Below, in pieces: positions 23,421-34,469 of a stretch of DNA of 64,000 nucleotides. The stretch is from Antedon mediterranea (Eukaryota; Animalia; Echinodermata): positions 19,268,795 to 19,332,794 of the forward strand of contig NC_092670.1 in assembly GCF_964355755.1 (NCBI RefSeq). The letters run 5' to 3'. The position numbers and the translations under genes were made by a program. A model generated the notes under the pieces. That model had not been told where the DNA came from, did not search any database, and worked only from the letters and a program-made list of their open reading frames with translations. Positions within the stretch are counted from its first letter, which is position 1. Each line of letters starts with the position of its first letter.

Positions 23421-26400
23421 TCAATCACCAAGTAAATTACCAATAAATGGTTCAACAGGCTCAACAGAATCATTTTCCGCCCCAGCATCACCTGTCAGCA
23501 ATTCGTCATCATCATCGTCGTCTTCTTCTTCATCTCCTAAGAACTCTTCCTGCTGTCCATAACTCAATGTTGTCTTCAGAATATCAACTTCGATTGGAAA
23601 CACATCAGCATCTTTCATCTGTGTGTGACTGTCTTTGTGATACTGAGCAAATGTGGACACTAAACGTTGCAACTGGAACACAATATCTTGAACTGAAGAA
23701 GATAATACATTTTTTTCTCATTCACCATTTAATAAATTCCAGTATAGATTGGATATATACATAAATACATCTTGTTATCTTTATTTGCTAAGAAAACCTT
23801 CATACAATAAAATTCAACGGCAGCTAAAGGCTGAATTATTACATTTTTACAGTAAAATGACATTTACAATCAAAATTTTATAGCAAAAGAGAGGATGGTT
23901 AAACACTGGACTAATTAGTAAGTAATCTTGTTTAAAATGGCAACTGTGTACATTTGTTTTTACATGTTTTCTTTAAATTGTTCATTATTATGCCTAAAGG
24001 TAATTGGGGAATCTGCCTTAATAGTGTAATTGACTTGTCAAAAAACACACAGAGAGAAGTCATATAACATACCATGTTTTTGATCAAGTAGCTCCATCTT
24101 TACCATGACATCTGACCTCATTTTGGCAAATCTTGCTCTTGCTTCTTGACGACAACGAAGAATCAACCTAAGCGAGAAAATTAATATTTAATTAATATTT
24201 CTGTGGGAATATTTTTTTCCAAAGATATTATCAAAGTATTTAAATGAAGTGATTTTACACAAACAAGTGGGCCTATCAATATGCAACTGCTTATAGACAT
24301 ACTGACTGCAAATACAGTATTGACTAATTGAAACAACAACCCCATGACAGTAAAGTGCCTTCCAGTGCCAGCCAGAAACTGCTAATGTGCATTGCATCAA
24401 ACTGAAATGCTATAGCGATGGCGCTGCATTATATATAAAAAAAATCCTACCTGTATTCATAATTGCCTGTCTCTACCCTGTAAAGGGGTTCTCCAAGAGC
24501 AGCGTATGCATACTCCTCATCATCCATCTCTTTTACCTTTAAACAGTATGACTATAAAAAAACAAACATAAACTTAAGTTCTAAGAACTGCAGTACTGTA
24601 TACTCGCATTCAATTCAAGGGCTAAATTTAGTACAAGGTTGATAAGCAATATATACTATACTCAGCTGAGCTGGCTAATCTACCTTCACCTGTGTTAAGT
24701 AGGCAAGTGGACCGGAAAAGCGGAGCTTAAGGAGTGACCAAATATAAAGCTCTGTCTACATTATCAAACGGTGATGTGCCCAAATATGGTAGTGATATGC
24801 CCAAATATGGTAGTAGTGATATACCTAAAAATCCATAAAACCTTACCAGATATTCAAACTTTGCATCAGCATATTTTCTTATTGTGAGTCTTGTGTCTGG
24901 AATGGCTTTACTAAGGAATGTTCCAAGGTCTGCTAGCATCTAAAAAAAAAACAAGAGTCATACTGTAAAAACAAAAAATGCTGTATTCCGTGTTCTAATT
25001 CCTATGTAACAACAATTGAATGACTCTCAAAGACATTCTGCAAGATGACGGTCATCACACAGATACAGTATGTCAACTGCAGGATAGGTAAAGTAATAGA
25101 CATTAAACTTACTGGCTTGACAGTTCTAAGTAGTCTTATTCCATACTTCTCTACAGTACGATGAGCATCGCCAAACTTTATAAACGCTTCACATGCCTTT
25201 GGTTGTGGTTCACGAGCACCGATAACGGCAAACAAATCTCCAAATGCTGAAAGCAAAGATATATACTTCTTTAAATTCTGTAGAATCCTCTAGGGCTAGC
25301 TGACATAGTGTACTACACTAATATCATAGGGATGTAGCTACAGAATGATTTGAGTGGATTCACATATTAAAACTTCTTTAAATTCTCTCAAATCTTCTAG
25401 GCCTAGCTGACATCAAGTCCTAATACCACAGAGACGTAGATACAGAATGCTTTAGAGCGGATGCACAAGGTGCAACTAGAAGATTTTAAAAAGGCTTCAG
25501 TTGGTAGTGAGAAATAAAACACCATGAGAACAAACTGGTGTCTGTCGAATTACTAACTAACATAAATAATTCCATTACCATTCTCATTCATAGGTATATT
25601 GAAAGTTAAAGAGAAATTGATAATTTTCTTACCTTTGTGCGTTTGTGACATGTCGTAGAAAGATCGTAAAAGTCTCTTGGAATGTTCCATCAGGCCTTTG
25701 TACATGTTGTGTGTTCTCTCTAATTCTTCAAGCTTTTTAACAAGTAAATCTGAAATCAATTTAAAATAAGCTACTTGTTTTAAATCTGAAATTATATAGT
25801 AGAATAAAAGGTTTTAGTACACCATTGTCTTTATGTTATGTGGAAAGTAATGTTATGTGGAAAACTCTCTGTCAACAAAATGTACAATTGCAATGGTTTG
25901 ATTGTTCATTCAGAGACTGTATTGTAAACAGCAAACATTCTACTAAAAACAACTACAGTACTTTGCACATCACAAATATCCCACAAAACTTGGGTTACTG
26001 TAAGCTTCCCTGTGATACAAACTTACCATTGCACAGAATGGCTCTGCTTAGGCCTAGAGCATCGGCAGTAGAGGAACTAAGGTGTTCTACAACCCTATGC
26101 TTTGCTTTTTTCATTACAATATCCAGCGTTTTTCCTTGCTTCGGATCAGCCTGTAGCTTATTATAGTTAATGACAACATCGCTCTGAAAAAATAAATTAA
26201 TATGCAGAATAATATGCAGTAATAACTAACTACTAATATGATGAATACTGTACACATAGCACACAGTTGTACAATAGTAAAATCAGTGGTGTAACGCAGA
26301 GCCCTAAGGTCCCTGGTTTAGGAAACCTAAGTGGCCCTTCAAGTTCCAACACTGGAGGCGTTTTTAGCCTTTTTCGGCATATTTTAATACCTGTTTTTTC

Positions 26401-28767
26401 CTCTGGGCACTGCTCAGGGGCTCATGGATTTAGAAAGTGAGTGCTCATAGCTTTTACGCCACTGGGTAAAATACATAAATTCATCGTACAGCATGCCCTA
26501 ATAATATGACATATCGTTTGTACAGTAGTAAAATTCATCATACAGTACCTTAACACCTTGGATTGTCCTTGCAACCTCAACTTTGGTACGACCTTTGACT
26601 GATTTGCCATTCACTCCAACAATCTCATCTCCTGCAGCAAGAGTGCCATCCTTAGAGGCCGGCGTGTTGTCAAACACCTGTACAATGTATAAACAAGGAC
26701 ACATGGGGGCACCGCCACCAATACTGATCCCAATGAGATTTTGTGCATCTTTCTTCAATGTTACACTTCCTGGGATAGCATCCATGCCCCTAATTTAAAA
26801 AGAAAATTTCTAATAAAGAAACAAGTTCAATATAATCAGAAATACATGCTATACTATATTTATAATGTCAAATAGTCACACTGTAAATAAATAGCTTCTT
26901 CACATCCAAAATAATTCAATTCAGGCTTTGTTTTGATTTATTAAATTTTCAGGTTACTATGTAATCTTATTATACAGTGCCATTGCTCAAGTCTATTCTG
27001 AATGACATCACTAAGATTTTGTTCTCAAAAATATTCCTTGATATATTGAAATAAACTTTGAGCTAATGTACTTGTAGACTGTTAATGTTTAGTAAAAGGA
27101 ATGTTTGTTACTAAGGTAGGTAAAGCATGTAAAAACATAAACACATACAGTACTGTACAACATGTAATTTGACAAACAAAGACTACCTAATATTAATAAT
27201 AAATCCAAAGTATTAAAATTAAAGCTCTTACCATTGTATTTTGTTAATCATTAAATACTGTAGACTGTAACTGGCATTAGGTATTAATTAACACAACCCA
27301 TAAATAATGCAGGCAAAGAGCAAAAGCATCACAGTGAACATAGTATTAATGCTATACTGTACAGTATACTCTATTATACAGTATATTATTACTGAAATAA
27401 GAAAAATGGACCGCAAATATTCCCTAATGTACAGTACAGTAGCACTACTGTATATCTTGTTCAAGATTGTACCTGTACATACCGCATGCAAACTAGTAAA
27501 ACCCCAAATCATCACAACTTGTCCTCAGCAAGCTATACTACTGAATGACTTTTGACCTTTTTTAACTTGTTATACAGTACACTAGGATGAATTTACATTG
27601 AACACAGATTAAAATAACCAGTTGAATTGCATGATGCTTACATTGGAAATAAATTTTCTTATTGATCTCACTGATACTTTGTTCAATGGAAACCACCTTA
27701 TGTATATGTTAATCGTAATAATTATGCAAATCCACATGCAACAAGTAATGTTTTTAGTATTACCATCCATGGTGATGACCCTAATGAACCACACATCCAA
27801 ATCCCTTGCTTAAACCAAATAAGTGTCACTCACTGTTTATCCTCTACAGCGATAAAACCATCGTTATTTTTTATAATTTCCAACGGCATTGTTTCAATAT
27901 TTTACTAATTGTCGATTTTGATTCAGATTGTAAGATTCTGCAAACTTTTTATGGCTCTGTACAACTTCCGAAATCCGTATTTCTCTATCAGATTATTCTG
28001 TTAAATGCAAGCAAGCTTTCTAGGTTAAATTTATTATCACTTCACCTCATTGGCAGTAATTATGGCCCAATAATAATAATATTTTCTGTATTTACTCTAG
28101 AATTACAATCAGTAAATCACATTTTATTCACACAAGCAACAAAACAAATGAGATATAATTATTATAAATATCAAACTCTAGGTAGTTTAGGCCTAGGCCT
28201 TATAATACAGCATGCTACTGACAATACATACTACTGTACAATGAATGAGGTGTAAAATACTAGGCTATCTATATGACTCCTCATTCACTCTACACATACG
28301 TAAATAATAATACAGTAGGCCTACTACTACTAGGCCTAGCCTAGATATAATATAATTATAATTATTATTCATTAATTATAATACTTTTATTAACTCGCAT
28401 GCGACTAAATAAAACATAAATATGCCTACTGTATATCAACCATGACAGGATGGAATAGCTAATCATATAGATAGTAGACTAAAAGGATGGTCTTTCCAAA
28501 TACGATTTACTGGCTAGGCTAGGCACACCAAATTAGATACTTTGTTTAGCAGGTCGAACGTCGTCAGCTCCGCTGTCGATGATGATGAACTGAATGAATT
28601 GTCAAAATACAGGCTTAGCTTAGCGGTCATATATATGGCCTAGCAAAATTCCCATTAGAAGTATTAAGGACTTACCGTAACATTTTGATAACCTGCAATT
28701 ATGTACTTCTTTGTCAACACAATAAACAGAATACTTACATGCGGTCTTCTTCTAAGTCAAAGTCCAT
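23421..28767 (-). CDS. PICK1: PRKCA-binding protein PICK1 (PDZ + arfaptin-homology BAR domain + acidic tail), 412 aa
   Basis: Exons (minus) 28767-28739, 26789-26549, 26183-26027, 25749-25633, 25246-25113, 24939-24847, 24551-24451, 24167-24073, 23692-23421 total 1239 nt, phase-consistent. N-terminus MDFDLEEDRMG; PDZ KDAQNLIGISIGGGAPMCPCLYIVQVFDNTPA; STADALGLSRAILCND; KFEYLSYCLKVKEMDDEEY; LYRVETGNYEYRLILRCRQEARARFAKMRSDV; DADVFPIEVD followed by the acidic tail. Confidence 0.96.
26284..26464. mobile_element. hAT-like MITE (TIR CAGTGG(C/T)GTA) in PICK1 intron 2
   Basis: CAGTGGTGTAA...TTACGCCACTG, with 8-bp flanks agtaaaat / ggtaaaat (7/8 match, a TSD). Confidence 0.7.
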
Positions 28768-29064
28768 AATTTTATCGTCAAATAAACTTCACTTTTGGGA
28801 ATGTTTATTTAGACGCGACACGTACGTACGTCATCTCTCATCGCAGGTATATAAACTATACCATACTGGCGAGTAAATCATGTTTTACTTTTTAAACCTC
28901 GCAACGTCTGGTTGAAAAGGCTACTCGGACCAATAATTTCTATTAGCCTAGGGGTTATTGCGATTTGGACGTTTCTGATTGGCTGTAGCCATGGACTATA
29001 TTGATTAACACTGTTCTGATTGGTTGTAGCTTTGAATACATCTTCTCGGAACTCGTCCTTAATA

Positions 29065-30600
29065 CAATAGCAATTTAGCACAGTGTTTTACTATATAACC
29101 AGATAAATAATAGGAAACATTTAATAATTTGATAAATGACATTTAAATAGCAATTTAGGTAAATGTCTTTTGAAATGAAATTAAATAAATTATAACCAAT
29201 TTGGTTAGAGTAAAACACAATGATAAAGAATAGGAAACATTTAATAATATGATAAATTACATTTACATAGCAATTTAGCACTGTGTTGTACTATAACCAA
29301 TTTGGTTAGAGTAAAACACAATGATAAAGAATAAGAAACATTTAATAACATGATAAATGACATTTAGCAATTTAGCACTGTGTTTTACTATAACCAATTT
29401 GGTTAGAGTAAAGCACAATGATAAAGAATAGGAAACATTTAATAACATGATAAATGACATTCACATAGCAATTTACCACTGTGTTTTACTATAACCAATC
29501 AGATTAGAGTAAAACACAATGATAAAGAATAGGAAACATTTAATAATATGATATATAACATTTACATAGCAATTTAGCACTGTGTTTTACTATAACCAAT
29601 TTGATTAGAGTAAAACACAACGATAAAGAATAGGAAACATTTAATAACATGATAAATTACATTTACATAGCAATTTATCACTGTGTTTTACTATAACCAA
29701 TTTGGTTAGAGTAAAACACAATGATAAAGAATAGGAAACATTTAATAATATGATAAATTACATTTACATAGCAATTTATCACTGTGTTTTACTATAACCA
29801 ATTTGGTTAGAGTAAAACACAATGATAAAGAATAAGAAACATTTAATAACATGATAAATGACATTTACATAGCAATTTAGCACTGTGTTTTACTATAACC
29901 AATTTGGTTAGAGTAAAGCACAATGATAAAGAATAGGAAACATTTAATAACATGATAAATGACATTCACATAGCAATTTAGCACTGTGTTTTACTATAAC
30001 CAATCAGATTAGAGTAAAACACAATGATAAAGAATAGGAAACATTTAATAATATGATATATAACATTTACATAGCAATTTAGCACTGTGTTTTACTATAA
30101 CCAATTTGATTAGAGTAAAACTCAACGATAAAGAATAGGAAACATTTAATAACATGATAAATTACATTTACATAGCAATTTATCACTGTGTTTTACTATA
30201 ACCAATTTGGTTAGAGTAAAACACAATGATAAAGAATAGGAAACATTTAATAATATGATAAATTACATTTACATAGCAATTTATCACTGTGTTTTATTAT
30301 AACCAATTTGGTTAGAGTAAAACACAATGATAAAGAATAGGAATTTAATAATATGATATATAACATTTACATAGCAATTTAGCACTGTGTTTTACTATAA
30401 CCAATTTGGTTATGGTAAAGCACAATGATAAAGAATAGGAAACATTTAAAAATATGATAAATGACATTCACATAGCAATTTAGCACTGTGTTTTACTATA
30501 CCAATTTGATTAGAGTAAAACACAATGATAAAGAATATGAAACATTTAATAATATGATAAGTTGCTAGCACTGTGTTTTACTATACCAATTTAGTTTTGG
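29065..30600 (-). repeat. 101-bp palindromic satellite array, left arm (~15 units; duplicated 5-mer higher-order unit)
   Basis: Period 101 (tataacc at 29191 and 29292). The variants 'tcagatt' (29500/30005) and 'acgataaag' (29621/30126) recur at 505 bp. Confidence 0.95.
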
Positions 30601-30999
30601 ATAAAGAATATGAATTTAAAGAATGGATATAATATGATATGATACAATATGATTTTCTCCCAATTAGTAAGACATTTTGGAATACTGCGTGCGTAGTGCA
30701 CCTAACAAGATCATGTTCGCTATTTAAAACTCACATTTTAAAACCGTAAACGCATAAATTTGCGGACATACTCGTAAAACACACTTCCAGAGATTTAATA
30801 ATTTTAACAGTACTACAAAATCCATAATATAAAGTAGTATAGATTTGTACAAAAAGAGCAGAACAATTAAATTAACTGTCATTACATCTACTGAACTGTC
30901 TCATTACATCTACTGAAAAATTCATCGCGATGAATTTATTTATAATACACCAATCAGATCACACGCAATTAGTATGGAATGCCAGTTTATGCGATGATA

Positions 31000-31250
31000 A
31001 AATCGCGTCGATGATGCAATGAAAATTGCGTCGATGTGATGAAAATTGCGTCGATGAATATAGTATTGATGTAATGATGTGATGAACATTGCGTCGATGA
31101 AAATTGCGTCGATGTAATGAAAATTGCGTTAATGTGATGAAAATTGCGTCGATGAAAATTGCGTCGATGAAAACTGCATCGATGAAAACTGCATCGATGA
31201 AAAAAAAAATAATTTTCATCGATGCAGTTTTCATCGATGAAAATTGCGAT
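31000..31250 (+). repeat. 15-bp minisatellite GATGAAAATTGCGTC
   Basis: Directly visible; the inverted counterpart is at 31664-31900. Confidence 0.9.
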
Positions 31251-31663
31251 CTCCCTGCCGGTATGATTTGAATATGATGTCATGGATGCTGGACATCTGG
31301 ATTTTATGTACTGAACTGGTGGATTAACGGAAGCAATTAGCTAGAAGATATAATGTGTCCGAAAGGACAATAATGGATCCATTGCTAAAATGTGTTGACA
31401 ATAAATCACTAAAATGTTAATCAGTGCATATATTTCAACATTGTTTTAGTGCGCGATCACTGCGCGCTTGTCTATAACGCGCGCTAGCGCAAGCGGTAAA
31501 CATGTTTATCATATCAAAATATTCAGAAACCGTCAATTTTTAGCAACATAATAACATTATTAACATCATTATTAACATCATCATTTACTTTACTAGTAGT
31601 CATTTTCATCATTGATTGAATTAAAACCATTTGGAATTTTTATAATCAATTAAATTCATCACA

Positions 31664-31900
31664 TCAATTTTCATCGATGCAGTTTTCATCGACGCAATTT
31701 TCATCGATGCAGTTTTCATCGACGCAATTTTCATCGATGCAGTTTTCATCGACGCAATTTTCATCGACGCAATTTTCATCGATGCAATTTTCATCGACGC
31801 AATGTAAATTGCGTCGACGCAATCTACATTGCATCGACGCAATCTACATTGCGTCGATGCAATTTTCATCGACGCAATTTCATCATCGACGCAATTTTTA
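31664..31900 (-). repeat. 15-bp minisatellite GACGCAATTTTCATC (inverse of 31000-31250)
   Basis: Directly visible; explains the ASMKI/QFSST ORFs. Confidence 0.9.
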
Positions 31901-32184
31901 TCATCGCCAAAAACTTGTGTAAAACGGCGTTCCAGAAGTGACGAATCGCATATTCGCCGTTTATTGTTGAGGCGCGTAAACAGTGTGCGCAATGCACGTT
32001 TTCTTCCCATGACGAGACGAATCGATATTCGACTCTTCGTGTGACGAATAATCGTCAAATTATAATTAATATAATTAATTAATGAAATAAGATACGCAGT
32101 TGATGTTTGCATCAATTGTTCTTTAGAATAAATACTTTCGAAATACAAAACAAAAAATGTGTGGTGAGTGACGATATGTTCAAT

Positions 32185-32219
32185 CATGGACCTATAAATT
32201 ACTAATTTATAGGTCCATG
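32185..32219. mobile_element. 35-bp TIR-only mini-element or footprint CATGGACCTATAAATTA-C-TAATTTATAGGTCCATG
   Basis: Perfect 17-bp arms with a 1-nt spacer, flanked by gttcaat / attcaat (6/7 match, TSD-like). CATG termini resemble the P superfamily. Confidence 0.6.
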
Positions 32220-33129
32220 ATTCAATATCTGTAGCTTCAATTCAAACATAATGTAACAGAAAATTTGAAGCGTAAAAAACGTTCGTTTACACAACACTTT
32301 TTTTATACTTTATTATTGATTATTATATTATACAGGAATACTATTTATTTCCTCATTTCTACCCAAGAATAAACAATTTTTGGATACAAAACTTTATGTG
32401 AATTACATTACCAAAATATTAAAACGAGGATAAAAAAACATCGCGTAAAATACTCGTACTCAAAAGCTTCTGAAATTTGTAGATATATGTCATGAAAAAG
32501 AAATTTGACATTCCCAATAATTTTTTTTGGCAAAAATGTAATATATGAAACATACAATTTACATAGTTTATCATTGTTTTTTATTAGAACCAATATGGTT
32601 ACACAGTTAAACATAGTGATAAAGAATAGATACTTGTTAGGTTACTACCCTACCCTCTAGTTTGAAGCGACATTATAAATTCATCGAGAAAAAAAACGTA
32701 TCATATTCAGAAACGTTTGACATTTTGTATAGATATGTTCAATAAGACAAAACAAATTATAAATTTCAAGACAAATCGATGATTTCCATTATTTGCATTT
32801 CACAAAATTCACACTTATGAAAGACCATACATTTTCAACATTTCCTTTTTTCTGTGTACCGAGTTTAGAAACTTTTTGAATACCAGACGTATTTTTTTGT
32901 GATGCTTTTTCATTTGAATTGTAGTATAAAATGTCATTGAAACGAGATAAAAATCATACAAGACATGTTATAATAGGTTGCTCTATATACATAACAAAAT
33001 TAGTTCTTTTTTTTGGTAAGAAACGCCAATGAAGTAGAAAGTTATTTCAGATGTAGTGTGCATTTATACGTCATTAATAGTAGGCCTAAAATATAATATT
33101 AAATATTATAAAGAATATCAAACATTTTA

Positions 33130-34390
33130 TGTTATGAAAAATAAAATTGACATATAAGTTTATCATTGTGTTTTACTATAACCATTTTGGTTAAAAGTTA
33201 AACACAGTGAGTGATAAAGAATAGAACTGTTTTAGTTTATTTAACCCTAACCCTAGTTTGAAGCGATCACATATTTAATATTCATCGCTAAAAATACGTA
33301 TCGTCTTGAAAAACGTTTGATATTTGGTAGATATGTTCAATATAGGTTCTTACATCTATAATGCAAAAGAAATATCCTAATAGTTTTATTTTGATTTCTG
33401 AGAATCATCAATGAAGTAAAAATGTGTTGGAAATGTATTGTCTTTCATAAGTGTAAATGTTTAGAAATGCAAATTATTAAAATCACGAATTTGTCTTGAA
33501 ACTTTTATTTTTTGTTTGTTTTATAGACGTAAGAACCTATTGAACATTTTATTTACCAAATTTCAAATGTTTCTGAATACGATACGTATTTTTTCGCGAT
33601 GAATTAAGTATGTGATCGCTTCAAACTAGGGTTAGAGTTATATAACCTAAAACAGTGTCTATTCTTTATCATTGTGTTTAACTGTGTAACCAAATTGGTT
33701 CTGTAAAACAAGATGATAAACTATGTAACTTGTATTTATTATTATTACATTATATGTATCCTATAATGTAATATGAAAAATAAAATGTACATAGTTTATC
33801 ATTGTGTTGTACTAAAACCAATTTGGTTAAAAGTTAAACACAGTGTTAAAGAATGAACTGTTAGGTTATTTAACCCTAACCCTAGTTTGAAGCGATCACA
33901 TACTTAATTCATCGATAAAAATACGTATCGTCTTAAAAAACGTTTGAAATTTGGTACATGTTCAATATAGGTTCTTACATCTATAATGTAAAAGAAATAT
34001 CATAATTTGTTTTATTTTGATTTCTGGGAATCATCAATGAAGTAAAAATGTGTTGGAAAATGTATGGTATTTCATAAGTGTACATTTTTAGAAATGCAAA
34101 TTATTAAAATCACGAATTTTTTGTGAAATTTATATTTTTTGTTTGTTTTATAGACGTAAGAACCTATTAAACATATCTAACAAATTTCAAAAGTTTCTAA
34201 ATACGATACGTACCTTTTCGCGATGAATTTATTATGTCGCTTCAAACTAGGGTTAGGGTTATATAACCTAAAACAGTATCTATTCTTTATCACTGTGTTA
34301 ACTGTGTCACCAAATTGGTTCTGTAAAACAAGATGATAAACTATGTAACTTGTATTTATTATATTATTACATTATATGTATCCTATTCTT
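33130..34390. repeat. Tandem duplication of a ~630-bp self-inverted module carrying (TAACCC)2 telomere-like motifs
   Basis: 'taaccctaaccctagtttgaagcgatcacat' at 33242 and 33871; inverted 'atgtgatcgcttcaaactagggttag' at ~33610 and a close variant at ~34235; a more degenerate copy at 32560-32750. Confidence 0.8.
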
Positions 34391-34469
34391 TTCATAACGT
34401 TTAGATAATAAGATATGTTTAATATAATATTTTGCTATGTAAATAATATCATATAATAAATGTTTCATT

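Noticed and set aside
27288-28255. Several 60-150 aa ORFs in PICK1 intron 1
   Set aside because: AT-rich, no recognisable motifs and mostly non-ATG starts.
31621-32187. 188-aa minus-strand ORF as the foldback transposase
   Set aside because: Half of it is the 15-bp repeat (ASMKI)n; no THAP, DDE or other domain is visible.
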